From the NCBI RefSeq assembly GCF_037042905.1, contig NC_087251.1, forward strand, positions 36,830,001-36,894,000: 64,000 bases of DNA, written 5' to 3'. This stretch comes from Lytechinus pictus. Its lineage: Eukaryota. Every line of letters starts with the position of its first letter. Position 1 is the first letter of the stretch. The notes beneath the pieces were generated by a model. That model did no database searches. It was not told where the DNA came from and was given only the letters and a program-made list of their open reading frames with translations. The translations under genes were made by a program, and so were the position numbers. Shown here piece by piece: positions 36,201-50,349 of the stretch.

Positions 36201-39200
36201 TCTTATCATTAAAAATCAAACTGGGGTGAGTGAGTCTCATGTCCTCAAACGGATCTTCTGAGGACATTGACTCTGTATCTACCGAAGCTGCATATGGAAA
36301 TGCGCAATGAATAAGAGTGTGCTTTGATGTTTATGATTTGATTAGGTCAGAGTGTATACGCGGGTACCATGCACAGACCATGTCTAATGCACGCCTTACT
36401 TGTTGACAGATGTCGTTCACGTTATGGCCAAGTCTCCTTTTCCTTCGCCCATAGCCAGGTCACTTTGCAGTATCTGGCGCATAACATACAAAAAAGTCTA
36501 TTTTTCAATGGGGTTCTTAAAAAACGGCATTTGTGAATAGCAGTTCATGCGACACTCTCCTACGAACATAGGTATTCGTTTTTCATATCACAATGTCAGA
36601 AAAATAGGAATTAAGTGTATCCACGTAATAAAGTGAAAAGTATGGGGAAATAGCTTGAAAATACTTATAATTTTTTTTTATATAACGAAAGTGTTCTTCC
36701 CATGAGATATACAATAATGAAAAAAATACACAAGAAACATTGCAAATGAAATACCCCTCAACATCCCTTTTCCCATCCTCTCATCCCCATCTTTGTCAGA
36801 TATGCTTCTTTTAGAGGTAAAGGCAAGACTGAATTCTCTGACTAAATTTTTGTACAACAAATAGGCTATTTGATAATTTGATTCTGAAAGGTTGGTCTAT
36901 TATATTTGCGTGATCGATCCCCTGTATACGAAAATTCTTTAGCAGCATTTATTCTTGTTTGTCCTTGTTTGTGGAATTCGTAGAGAACGTGAATAATTTC
37001 AATATTGGAAAGACTCTTCGAGATATAATTTCCGCATTTATCTATTTTATCAAAACTGAAAATTTGATTGACCATGAAAGACTTTGAACATTTTCTCTCA
37101 GACTTATAGAAAACAATTTACAGAACAACTTTGGTATGGAGCTTTAATATAAAATAATATGCAATTTCTCTCTCTACTTCCATTTCTATTTACAGAAGGT
37201 TTCACGGTGATCTCAAATCCCTTTTCCCATCAGACTTCCTTATTGTGATATCGATGAATAAGTGCATCAACGGGTCTCTCCGAAATCGTTAGGGACTCGA
37301 AACGAAAACAGGGGGAAACAACAAAAATGTATTACGACTTGATGAGCCATTCTCTACCTTGTTTGAACATCAGGCAAATGTCGGTCCCTCAGGCCAATTG
37401 ATATAGGCCATTTCAGCATGGTTTCCGCAAAGCGCAGTGACATTTCACTCTTGCATATCTGACTTTTCTCGGATAAATCATGCATCCTTTCAGATAAATC
37501 ATGGTTCTGAAATGCCAGTGCTATGTGTAACACGCCCACATTCTGAAAGAAAAAGTGGGAAATGTTCGACAATACCTAATGCTGGCATTTACTATAAGGA
37601 GAAGAATTTTGCAGAATTCCAGAATATTATATAGCCCAGTCTATTGTTAAAACATTAATACTCCCCCCCCCCCAGAAAAAAAAATGACCACGCGCATATG
37701 TTTTTGGTAAGGCTTATTGTATATTAAATTTGGATGAATTGTGCATTCAACGTAATAAACATTACATTCATAATGTATAAGTTCATCCAAACGTTGAACA
37801 TAAGTGCTATATAATCTAATGCATTGAATAAACGTTAGCGGATTAAAACAAAATCATTGTTATATCTTGCATGACATTGCTTTTTAGTTGTGAGCTTAAA
37901 GACCACTTGGCATGATAAACATAATTCTGTTCTGAATTATACTGTCCTCAGTTTCCACTTTTACTTCAGTAAGACCTAGATCCATAAGCCTTAAGCCCAT
38001 TTCATATTCCAGCTCTGATCCATCAAGGCATTGGGCAATGTTGTTGTTTCCGCGCTAATGCGTTTCCCGCCAAAAACTCAGATAGCGCTCGTTCCACATC
38101 ATCCCTTTTGCGTAGCTGGCTGGCGGCGTGAGATTCCTTCGTTGTGCGATCACGTGATTCATTGGATAGTAGTAAGGGATTCAGCAAACATGTTTGCTAT
38201 TGACCAAGTGTGCTGTAAGTAGGCATAGTGAGGGGGGAGGGTCTAGAATAGAATGCATAAAAAGAATCGAGGAATTGGGACATAGAAAGAAAATATAGTA
38301 TGGTCGAATGGGGGGGGGCGGTGAGACAAATCATTAATAGAGAGACACATGAGGTATAAACCAAAAAAAAAAAAACAGAGAGAAACAATGAGACATGTCA
38401 GATAAAAGAGATATGAATATCACATGCAAAAGACTGAGAGTATATATTTTATGGAAAACAGAGAGAAGACATAAACAGAGGAAAGAAGATAGCATAGAGA
38501 GACAGAAAGAGAGAAGCATCATAAGATTAATTTGATTTATCATTGTTATAGTTTTTATTATCCAGTGCAGAGAAGCTAATTGGAAAACAAGATATTTAGC
38601 TCGAGAGAAGGATAATATATTCATCGTTTTTCAGTCGGAAATGCATTGAAAAAGTTCATATACCCTAACTTTCTCTTCTTCAGTTTACTTGTAGTATGTG
38701 TAGCCACGTGGGAAAACCATGATAACCTTTCTTAAAACCTAACATGCGCAATAATATTTATCAATAAAACTGCTGAATGATGTCGGGTTTATTTAGAAAG
38801 GTAAAGAAATATACATCCTGATTTATCTTTAAGTACGTCTACATACATGGGCCTGAATCGGGAAAACATAATACGTAGCATGGAGAGCTTCACCACTCCC
38901 GAACTAAGTCTATAATAATACTATTAATATTCCTATATTAAGAATATGGGGCTTAGTACATGGGAACGAGGCCTCTAAGAGCTGCACACATTATACTCTT
39001 TCCTGTGTTTTTAAATCAAATTTGTTTCAAAAATCTAAACGAAGCCTATTCGAAAGAGTTTACCTCCATTAAAAGCAAACCACTGTCTTCACATCTTATG
39101 TAGACAACAGAATCAGGAAAGCAATTATGACTGCTATTTGATGTTGATTCGCATTTATCATGAAGTCAAAATCATTTTTTTATAACTGATCCAAATAAGT

Positions 39201-42069
39201 CAATGTGTGAATTCATGCAATATGTAGATCTAGGCTTACTTTGTACAAATTATTTATATTATGCAATATGCAAATCAATTGCTAACTTATTTAGTATTAT
39301 CAAATCGCATTTCTAGGTTTTGTGGTGGCAAATTCATACTATTTTTAAACGGTCCCGATTAATCATTATTTGTAGGAACCAACATTTGATTTGTTTATGA
39401 GAATAAATATCTGTGTCTTCCCTTCTTTTACATCTCTCAGTCCTTTCCTATCCCTTCTTTCTTTCTTTCTTTGTCGTATTGTATTTGTACAGGCGGATCC
39501 CGCAACACGTTTTTGCTTTTAGGGAATTACACCTTCTTAATAAATCTGTTATATTTATACTCTTTTATGGCAAATTATTTTTGTATTATTTACATTGAAA
39601 AACTATGATTTGTGAAAATGGAAGAAAATGAAAGTTTATTTGAATCAAACAAAATGATTGAATAGGTAAATAGATTAAAAATTACATGAAAATAAATGAT
39701 CAAGTAAATAAACAGATGAACAATTAATTGATGGGTGAATGGATAAATTAATTATATGATTTCACGTTTTGAAATATTTATGATTGTTTCATCGACTCAA
39801 GCTTGTGCATCTACGCGTTGTCTCATTCATAGCACCTACAAATAAAAACAATCAATTTAATTAAAATTATACTGTGTTCATATCTAACGAAGATATATGC
39901 TGTAGTATAGTATATTCTTGATTACAGTATTATTTTGAAAATTGTTTCAAATTAAGATTTAGGCCTCCTTAGGTCGCTTAGTAATACACCTTTTTTTTCG
40001 GGGGGGGGGGGGACACACGCGAAACATAAAACACATGTTTTAATCGGAAACGCATTTATCACTTATCCCCACCCAACCCACAATCACGCACTGTCTCTCT
40101 CACTCACACACACACACCCTCACACACACACACACACATCTAATGTCTAATGTGTTCCCTTCACAACGCCAATCACTTGCGCAAGTTAATTTGTAATGCA
40201 CTGGCCCGCCGAACTAATGAAAGTGTAAGTACGTAAAAATGTTCACATTGAGGTGAAATCGTACGGTCTAGTTCCCATGGTAAAACGGGATTCCCATTAT
40301 GACACCACATCCAACATGCATTCCCTTCTTCCGGACAAAACACATCTGCGATACATAAGCATCCCTCTCAACACTAACTCACACACAACTCACGCTTTAG
40401 GCCCTTCTTTTAAGCATTTTCCAAATTCACTTTGATCTGATCCGGTCCACGGGTATAGCATAGTTGTTTTGTTTTCTTGTGTGTCTCCCCTTAAGGCCGT
40501 CTACCGAGTAAGTGATACTGATCAGTGACGTAAAGACCTGTTAATTTTGTCTTCACTTAAGAGAACTGAGATGATGCCTATCTAACACACTTGCGTGGAC
40601 AGAAAAAAAATAGATGGTCTTTTTATGAGCTATGAGGAAATCTTATCCTAACAGGCATCGCCAAAGTCGGTATATGAATGCCGATTTTTTTTTTAAATAT
40701 CTAACCCCTAACAAAAAATAAATAGGTACGTGCTCATTCATTTCAATAATATTTGTTGATAATTATAAGTTATCAGTTGTAGAAGTGCTACACAGTTAAA
40801 CAACAATCCCTTATAACTTTTCTCAAAGGCCACGATTCACTTCCAATTTGATGCAAATTTTGATCGATACAAGAAATTTTTAACGATTTTGTACCCTGAT
40901 TAATATTTATTTTGATTTTTTGACATTAGTGTTGCGACAATTAAAATCGATATATTGTAACATCTAGTCCAAATTATGATTCAATGAGAAAAAATAAAAT
41001 CAATTTCCAGGTACCCATACTTCACCAAATTCTCTGACCCGGGGGAAGATCTTCTCTATGTTGACAAGCCCCCCCCCCCCCTCCCTTCTAAATCATACTA
41101 AATCGCTTAAATTACATTGGTAAATTTCAGAAATATGATTTTCAAGTCCTAAGATTAGAGTAAATACTCATGTAAATATGCAAGGTTTCGCAAAATTGTG
41201 CTAGATTCCAAGAGCGTGATAAAATTATTCTAAAAAGCATATTGCTAGGAAGACGTGGCAACTATGGACCGAGGGCATTTCGACAAAGGACTTACAATGA
41301 CAAAGTGCTTTTCACATACACTGAGTGTTCTAGTATAATTATGCATACTACTATACTGATGGTATATTTCGGAGTCATCAGTTAATTGACATTGACGCTT
41401 GACACGCATACGTTACACGCGAGAGACCAAGGTCTACCAGTGCCTTGTCTTAAAGGGTAAACTGACACTGACTTGGCCTTTTGTAGCATGGAGGATCACA
41501 ATATTAAATTGATTAGAATTAACATTTCAGAAAGTACTCAAACCAGGGTAATTATGCTGCATTGCATACAGCGCGTAAAGACTTATCAAGGCGAGTATCA
41601 GTATCATTATCATTACTTCTAAACGAAAACTTGTTTTTTGCATTTTAATCTGCATTTCAAAAGCATCATTATATTTGTGTATGTACATGATATAATAAAA
41701 TATATATATATTTTTTTTTATCATTGTAATTTAACGGTTTCAATAAAATTATTGAAAATATACGTACGGCTTCAATAACTACCTATTTTTTTTTTTTCAA
41801 GAGTCGACCCTGATATTACGTTTATCTTTAAAACCTTTAAAATATATTTATGCATGGGAAAAATAAGCTATGAACCGATTATATTTATAAATGTAGAATC
41901 TACAAATAAAATAAAATTTACAGCAAGAGCTGCTATTTCCATATCAATTTCCATTTTGTTCCATAATTTGACTCATATATACAACACTCTTACGAATATC
42001 AACAGTTTCTTTGCGATTTACAAAGTTCAAATCAGCATATTAAGTAAAAGCCCTTTTCCACAGAAAGTA

Positions 42070-42765
42070 AGACCGCTATGAAAAAATCCCCGAAAGACTA
42101 TAAAACTTACTTGATCTTCTGATTGTCTTTCAATAAACTTTCAATGATCGTCGAGGTCTTTCAAAATTGCTGATTAGTCTTGTAGTGGTCTTCTTGGTCA
42201 CTATTAATCTCCACACCTATTTGAAATGATTCGAAATAGTCTTTCAGCGGTCTTACAGAAAAATTGCATTTAAGTGGTCTTTCAGCAGTCTTACAGCAGT
42301 ATCTCGGGGAAATATCGAATGTCTTATTAGTCTTTCCATGATCTTTTGACAGTCAAACACATTTTAGCGGAGATCACTCAAAGACTCATGCGGGATCCTT
42401 GAAGGAAGATTGAAATGTAAGTGAGGGTCATGTAATAGCATAGAGATCGAAAAAAGAGTGTTGATAGACCATTTAAAGATCGATGTAAGACTAGTATAAG
42501 TTCAGCAAGACAGCAAGTACTGAAGTATTAGTCAGTGTTTCAGGGTTCTTTCAGTGGTCTCGATCAGTCTTTCAGACCATCTGGCAGAATCTAGGTCCCA
42601 TGGATATCTCGCTCGATTAATGCTTTTGGTCTTTTAGTGGTCTCTCATAGGTTTTTGGAGTCATTCAACAGAAACATCAAGTTTCATTGACCTTGGTGAC
42701 TGCTGTAACACCTTGCTAATTTTTGGCCTTTAAGCGGTCTTTTCAAGATACTCTGTTGTGTGGGC
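42070..42765. repeat. Degenerate repeat of short GGTCTT/AAGAC motifs in alternating orientation
   Basis: GTCTT-rich blocks at 42110-42350 and 42540-42745 flank an AAGAC-rich block. Confidence 0.35.
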
Positions 42766-43021
42766 ATTTTAAAAATTCAATGAAACAGATTCTGACAAAG
42801 AGAGAGCTTATTCCAGAACTGAGGTCCAGCAACAACAAAAAACTCTTATCTCTCGAGTTGAAATTTGTTCTGGGCACCGGAAGTCTCGTATTGTCAAAAA
42901 TCAAGTTAAAACATTTTTAAAGAAAGAACAAGGCAGTTTGCGATATTGTTAATTTGTTATGAATGGTTGTGTTGTTTCCATTTAAAGGGCGTGTCAGTGT
43001 ATCTTATTAATAAATAAAAGC

Positions 43022-43024
<3 letters not shown>

Positions 43025-43091
<67 letters not shown>

Positions 43092-43107
43092 CACACACAC
43101 ACACACG
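43025..43107. repeat. (AT)n(AC)n microsatellite
   Basis: Long perfect AT run followed by an AC run. Confidence 0.95.
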
Positions 43108-43584
43108 ATACAGGAGTTTGGAAGTCGATCTGTTTTGAAAGTTCCTCACTACTACCTATGTTTTCTCCTTGGTATAGAAGAAAATTCACTGTCATTTTCA
43201 TCCTGATTAGTCTATGGGGTAAATTATCGATTGGTCTTCACTCGCTTCTTCTATTTTTCCGTTTGGTCTCATTCCACATGAGTTCGTTTACTGTTGGTAG
43301 TTTGGGCTAATTGCACTTTGATGAAATCATCTTGTCTTATTTACAATTAGGTTATAGTACTCATTTCATCTAATGTCTACTTGGTCTAACAAATTTAGGG
43401 TTTACTGAACTGTTTATGTACCAATTTTTCTTTGACAACATACTGTAACACTAATAAGGAGACGAAATGACATTAGACCAACTGAACATTAGACTAAATC
43501 AAAACGAAAGTAAGTGGTTATTAGTCCAAGTGTAGGTTAGAGTCGACCGAACGACATTTAGACCAAACTGCTAGTAGACCAAAA

Positions 43585-44079
43585 GGCCCGTATTCTGAAG
43601 TCGGGTTTAATGTAAACTCTAGTATAAAGTTGTGGTTTAACTATGGACAGCCAATAGTTGCATAAATCTTTAACTATACACAGTAAAAACACTGTTTAAG
43701 ATATTATACAACGCTGTTTACTATAATTATGAACCTTACAGTATTTGTTTAACCGTTTAAACAATCATGTTTAATTTATTGAAGATTAGATATTGAAAAT
43801 TAAACTTTGTTGCTTAAGATTTAAACACTTGTTTAAACTGTTTAAACAATTACTGTAAGATTCATATAGTAAACAGCGTTGTATAATTTTGTTTAACTGT
43901 GTATAGGTTCTTCGTTTCAGCTCATTTGACTCTCAAATCATTCTTAGCTGTCTTGGAATTAGGAAAGAGCACAGTAAACATAGACAAAAATACCATGTGA
44001 ACAAATTTTGACATGTTTGGCTTCCCACAAGTTTAGCGGAGAGTTAGACCACGGTCTAACCGAGTTCAGAATACGGGCT
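43585..44079. mobile_element. Harbinger-like MITE (9542 family) with nested insertion
   Basis: GGCCCGTATTCTGAAGTCGG...CCGAGTTCAGAATACGGGC; largely collinear with 9542-9845 apart from the insert. Confidence 0.8.
43679..43901. mobile_element. Fold-back CAC..GTG (CACTA/EnSpm-like) MITE
   Basis: TA|CACAGTAAAA...TTTAACTGTG|TA; arms ttatacaacgctgtttactat / atagtaaacagcgttgtataa. Confidence 0.75.
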
Positions 44080-46525
44080 ACAGGGTTTAGCCCATGTAGT
44101 ATCAGACAACCTGAGAAAAAGACCAAGTGCTTGTTAGACCAAGAGAATATAAACCATGCTGGCCTGCTCGAAATGTATCATACTGGTGCCACAATGAAGC
44201 TGTCAAGACAAGAACAAATTGATTTGGCACACTGGGCCCCTTGCGGGTGATATATTACAGTAGCAGAAATTATATTGTGTTGGGATTTCCAACTGTCTGC
44301 CGGGTTCTCCTGTGAGAAACACAGATCCTATTTTGAAAATAGTTATTTCCATTGAAACCCCTTCGGGTGAGTTTTCTCCGCACTGTCCATTATCATTGTG
44401 CGTTGGTTATAGATATGTCGGCGCGGGTGTTTGTTTGATATTCAAAGAAACAAGAGAGATTGAAATCGAATTACAATTCCTCGACTGCTTTTAGGAGTTA
44501 TTCTGGTGAATGATTCAATATGTCAGTGTTGTTCGCGAGCTTCTTAAGTCGTAATGAGTGATGATTTACTCTACAAAATTCTAAGGAGATTTGAAACACT
44601 AACGAATTCATATTAAGGAAGCTGCCGCTGCAGTATACATGGGCAATAGAGTTGAAAATGTTTCGTAATTCAAATTCCAATTCGTATCCATGTTAACTTT
44701 AACATAAACAAACGAGAAGCAGGTCATTTTTATCTTCTCATGATTGTGTAAGACCGATTCCCTACATTTTAATCACTAAACTTGCTACAACTATTTAACC
44801 TAGAGGTGTAATTATAGCTACAATGCCCAAATATATATTGATACGCCAAACAAATAGTCCTCTTAATCTATTTTGCAATAAAGTTCTTTTTAAAAGTAGG
44901 AATTGGTCGACACCCTTTACCTTTAAACCAGTCTTGTCTTCCAGAGGCCGAATCATCGATCATTTGAGAAGCACCAAATCTGACGTGAAAATGATCACTC
45001 GCATCAAGGTGATGACTTAGATTCCGCTTATTATCCCAGATTAGGTCATAACACCGAATTGGACCCAGCTAAGCGCGTCAAATCTAATCGCATGGAGATA
45101 TTGAATTTGCGATGATCGCTCAAGCAGAAAATTGCCTATTGGCGCGGGGAGGGAGAAATGTCGCGAAGCTTACCGCAAGGTGTGTGCACCTTGGCATATT
45201 TTGAGTTTCTAATCTGTTGAGCTCAAGGGTCTGGGGTATTTACTCCTAATGGAATCGTCCAATTCACTGTCAAAATATTTATAGGGTGCCATTAAAATGC
45301 CCATTCATTACGCTGATGGTGTAACAAAAATAAACGATGTCTTCTTTGTTGAAGTCAGACTGATCTTCATCAATATTACATTAAGTGTGAATTTAATGGT
45401 CAGACCCAACAATAATTTCAGGATAGTTCAAGGTCTGTCAGGCAATTAAAAAAATTGTCAAAAATAATAGAAAATAAAAGAATTTCAACAAATTATATAT
45501 GATTTTCGAAATCTTTACAAAACAAAATAAAATTAATTTGGAGTTATGGTTAATTTTGCAGAAAGTAAACCGACAAAGATAAAAGAATTTAGGCCGAATT
45601 CGACCCATTTCTTTTATCTATTTTGTTAGACATTATGTGTTTTAATTGTTTTTCTAAATGTAGTAAAAAAAATGATGAAGACCGTCTAATTGTAAGAGTC
45701 AAATAATTCCAGTATTTTGAAACTGACACACCTATTCAAAAAAAGTATATCTTCTCTATCTTGGTATAAGGTCTTCTGAAAAAGGCTAATATATGGATGA
45801 TGCTATTTGGTGGAAGAGAGAGGCTCGTCGGTGGCAGAACGTAATATCATTATGATGGAGGAATTATGCATTTTTGGGGCATCACTGTTATGCGTGGGCG
45901 CCGTTGGTTATATTGTTTACTGCAGCTGTTCATCTTTCCTGTGTACCAGTATATGGCATGTCAACCAGGCACGTTCGTGGCCACTGGTACTCTATAAACC
46001 CCTTTGCTTCACCAACTCCTGCTGGCCATGGTAGAATGGAAGACTGGTTCACACTTAGCTCCTCTAAGGATCCCGAGGAAACACAACAAGAATAGCCTTT
46101 GAAGGTGTTGCAAGAATCAAAATTACTATAAAATCTATTGAAAGATTGTCTTTAATCATACTGAACTAATCTGTATTGCGAGATGAAGGCCAACAATCAA
46201 AATTGGATGACGTATATACAATACATTCAGGGAGACGATTGACTATCATTTGATGACAAGCTTTAAGTAATTCGTCTTGAACTTGTTAACTAAGAAAACT
46301 AGATAAACATGTAGAATCTGTTGTGTACAATGAGAACTGTTTTACATTTCTTTCGGCCAGTCTACAGGTTGGCATATTCTTATGAAGATATTTCTGTTAG
46401 TTTTAATAATTCGGTTAGCTAATTGGTTTATGTAGTCCTAAAGACTAACTAAAAACCAGTATTCAACTAAATAAAGTATTCAATTTCTAGGTATATAGAT
46501 TCCTTGATCTCCTTAACTATCTCCA

Positions 46526-46656
46526 GGGTCCCGTAACACAAAGGTTAGCGATTGATCGTACGCTTGATTTTCACGATTGATTGTACATTGTAGTCAATAC
46601 AATCAACAGTAGAATAATGTTCTACGATCATTGCTAAACTTTGTGTTTCGGGCCCC
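46526..46656. mobile_element. ~130-bp Harbinger-like MITE
   Basis: GGGTCCCGTAACACAAAG...CTTTGTGTTTCGGGCCCC. Confidence 0.75.
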
Positions 46657-46704
46657 AGATGATCATGATTATAGTAGACTGTCCAACTAACTCATCCAAA
46701 GTAT

Positions 46705-46816
46705 AGTCACAGTCACATCAAGAAAACCCGACTCCAGACCGATCAAAGCCATTACATTATGACCAATGACATACCATCGGTCGGTTTGGAGTCGGTTTCG
46801 TTAGTGTGACTGTAGC
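46705..46816. mobile_element. ~110-bp hairpin MITE
   Basis: acagtcaca..ccgactccagaccga..tcggtttggagtcgg..tgtgactgt; related copies at 48158, 54150 and 62669. Confidence 0.7.
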
Positions 46817-46865
46817 ACCTATCAAGACCAAATAATTTCGTAACCAAGTTAATTCGCACGATTCA

Positions 46866-47142
46866 AGCGCGTCGTGGTTTAGTGGTTCTGACTCTCGCCT
46901 TTCAAACAGAGGGTCATGGGTTCGAATCCTAACCATGGCGTGTTTCCTTCAGCAAGAAATTTATCCGCACTGTACTGCACTCGACCCAGGTGAGGTGAAT
47001 GGGTACCCGGCAGGATTAATTCCTTGCATGTATACTGAGCGCCGATGATGGCAGCTCGAGCTAAAGCCGGGGTAATAATAGCAGCGCTTTGTATCCTCAG
47101 GCAAAAGGCGCTTTATAAATACAGCTTTTATTATTATTATTA
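46866..47142 (+). mobile_element. tRNA-derived SINE
   Basis: tggtttagtgg A box, ggttcgaatcc B box, shared body (gacccaggtgaggtgaatgggtacc), (tta)n tail. Confidence 0.9.
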
Positions 47143-47153
47143 TACAAAAATAA

Positions 47154-47372
47154 CACTCTTCAAACAAATCAGTCAAATTGACTAGACCAGTAGTCAGCTG
47201 GGTGCAACAGATATGACAATAACTGGTTATCACATTTCTGACATATAGTCTATTCAGAAATAACTCTGTTAGTAAACAAAACGACTAGAAAATAGTCAAA
47301 TACGACTAGAATAACAGTTGCACTCAGCCGATCCTATTAACTAGTCATTTTTACTGATTTGTTTTTAGAATG
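47154..47372. mobile_element. CAC..-type MITE, degraded
   Basis: cactcttcaaacaaatcagt..gactag / ctagtc..actgatttgtttttagaatg inverted ends. Confidence 0.55.
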
Positions 47373-48157
47373 AGGGGTTTTCAATACAGTTCATCTCCAT
47401 TTCTTTAATTCGTAATTTCTATTCAAAATAGATTATTTTTTAACATCTAACATTTCCAAGCTTGTCACCCTCTTCGGTGTTGGATGAATAGTTAGGTATC
47501 CCCGTTTTCCAATTTATGACTTACTACACCACAGTCAAACATGGGGAGAGGAAATCAATTTCCGATTCTGGTTATTGCATATATTCGAAGACCGTCAAAC
47601 AAAATCGATTTCTTCTTTTGACACAATGCGATTAAATTGCTTATATGGGGTAAGAAAATGTTTGATATATATAAATGGAAATTCTGTTGATAATTTCATT
47701 CACAGGGTTTTATCAGATTTTTAGATGTGAACTAAATTATTTTCTTCTGCTTTAAGTTATTCTCCAACTTTGTAGACAACCATTATGCAATCGTCTCCCC
47801 TCAACTGCGGTCTTCCTTTCACACACTCATTCACTTTCTATCAGTCGGTCTCTCTCTTCCCTTTTCTCTCTACCTACGGCCTCTATTTTACTTTTTCTCT
47901 CTTTGAATAATAAATGCCCCTTCTATTCCTATACACTCTCTTCGTCTTCTTATTCCCCCTCTCTTGCCCTCTCCCATCTCTAAGCCCTCTCTCCCATATC
48001 TCTATGCCCTCCCTATCTCTCTCTCTCGTTCGCTCGGAACTTAATGTGACGTATATGCATACAATAATATCCCGATGCGCATGGACCCTTCTTTCTCTAC
48101 CCCTTAATGACGCATACTATGAGCCAATATAGGCACTAATGTCTTTTCTTAAGTAAC

Positions 48158-48265
48158 GCAACAGTCACACCAACGAAACGAACTCCAAACCGACCGACAT
48201 TCATCCATTGGTAATAACGTTATAGCTTTGATCGGCTGGAGTCGATTTCAAGGTGGGACTGAACC
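48158..48265. mobile_element. ~110-bp hairpin MITE
   Basis: Homologous to 46705-46816 in the opposite orientation. Confidence 0.6.
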
Positions 48266-48353
48266 TTATAAGGTGGTATTTAGACGTAGTATTTCTACCC
48301 AACATTCAAATTATGTTGCTTCTTTGATGCGTGATTGCAATGTTTTATCTCTG

Positions 48354-48590
48354 CACAGCAAAAACTGTGGCGTTAAACGGTGTACATAGAAGACAACACC
48401 AGTTATTTTACTCCGGTGTTGAATTGACGGTGTTAGTTTAACACCTATAGGTGTTATTACAACACCTTTGGTTGTTACATTGACACTCTGGTGTTATTTT
48501 CAATCTCTAGGGTGTAATTCTAACACCTCAGGGTGTGGTCCTCTCTTAACACCAACTGGTGTCAGTCTTAACACCACAGTTTTTACAGTG
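48354..48590. mobile_element. CACTA/EnSpm-like MITE
   Basis: TG|CACAGCAAAAACTGTGG...CCACAGTTTTTACAGTG|TG; many internal aacacc/ggtgtt motifs. Confidence 0.75.
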
Positions 48591-50349
48591 TGTGGTTTTC
48601 ACAAGGGAGTGTTTCATGAAGCGAATCAGATACAAGGGCTTCAGTAGCTTATAACAATTGCCAGTGGAAATCACTATTTGTTTTATGAAAATGTTGCACT
48701 GGTGAGGATTCTTGCCTGAAGACAGTGTGCTACTCTCTTCTTTGGTGCACGTCCCTATTCTAATTGAATTTTGCTCCCCAAGTTGCATAATGTGTTACAG
48801 CTTTTCAAAAAATGAAAGATGAAAACCTGTGTATCAAGTAGAGAATCGCCACAAGGAGGGTATCGGGAAACTGTTTATTTTAACTAATGGGTAGATCTTT
48901 GATAAACCAAAATCAAAATAAAACGATGGATTAAGTTGAATGATTGAGATTTGCGATTGCAATGACTGCATAATTTTGTAATGCAATAATTACTGTCGTT
49001 TTACCTGAATGCTAAATTAAGGTGCTTGGTACTACGCGACTAATAAGACCGACAGCTTTACATCCACTACTCCAGTAGCAGATCTTTCGCGCTTGATCAT
49101 GGATTACAGCCTAGTATACAACGTCATAAATTAGTAGGCATTGAGGAGCGTTTTAGGAGAAATCCAGTCAGTCATTTTACTGACAAATTTGCTCTGAGCC
49201 AATTAGAAGCAAGGATTTTGATAGCTTATATCAATGGTAAGTGAAAATCAATAACTATTTAATTCATAAAATGCTTCCATGTTCTGTCAAAAATATTTGA
49301 AGGGCGATGCACGGTGGTAGCCGTCATGAAACGGTATGACGCAAGAGCGAATGATTAACCATACATTAGGGAAGATCTCCCCTTAATATTCCCTTGGTCT
49401 GAGAGGAGAGTGTTTCATGGAACACGAAGTCAGTGATTTTCACTGACGAATTGGTCCTGAGCCAATCAGATTTAAGGATTTCAGTATAGCTTGTGAGCTA
49501 ATTTCATAAAAAGTATCCCCAGAATGAAGAGGTACCCACAACACGTCTCGGGTTGACGTGGTAAAGACTATTATACTCTATCCCGACGGAGAAGTGTGAA
49601 CTGTCAAAGTGTCCTGAAATGCATAAAGAATGTCTATTGTTCTTCCAAAAGGAAGAAGGATACACGCATTATACTAGGCTCAAAGTGGGGAAAGGGCCGA
49701 AGTAGATCTTTTGAACAAACAGAAGGTCTATCATTTTCATAAGTACTGTACTGAAATAGATATTAATCATAAATGGCAAACTTGAGCGATATAAACAGGG
49801 TATACGTATAGGTTTTACTCATCCCTTTTGATCGATTGCAGAACGGAAACAAATGCACAAACATGATTGATAATCAGATATCTCATTCCCTGATACTGAT
49901 TTATCACAGAGCATACATGAACCTAATACGAAATGACGTGATCGAAGATCATGTATTTCGAAAAACGGGATATCATTTTTTTCTACAAAAATGCCGAATT
50001 GGTATGTTTCTTGTCATTATGATTTCTGAGCATAGTTTTCTTCTTGGAATTGGAAGCTCTGCATGGGACACTGCATGTCATGCTAAGAATACGCGTAGGC
50101 CTACTTACACAGACTTAAAAAAAATGTTACTTTCATGTCTTCACAATATTTCTGCCATGCTTTATAACATTTGAAGGATTCACGGGGGGGGGGGGGGGTC
50201 GTGTTTATTAATTTTATACCCGATTATGCCTTTGCAATCTATTGGAATATTAATAGTTATGGGCTTATGCTTTGTGTTACTCCAGACCAATTAAAGCTCT
50301 GACATAACATGTACTATTGCGGATTGTATATTATCGGTCACTGACATGT

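Noticed and set aside
45807..46095. GC-elevated block with two short ORFs, possibly an exon or LINE remnant
   Set aside because: No convincing motif or splice-site pair in the frames read; it cannot be assigned without a search
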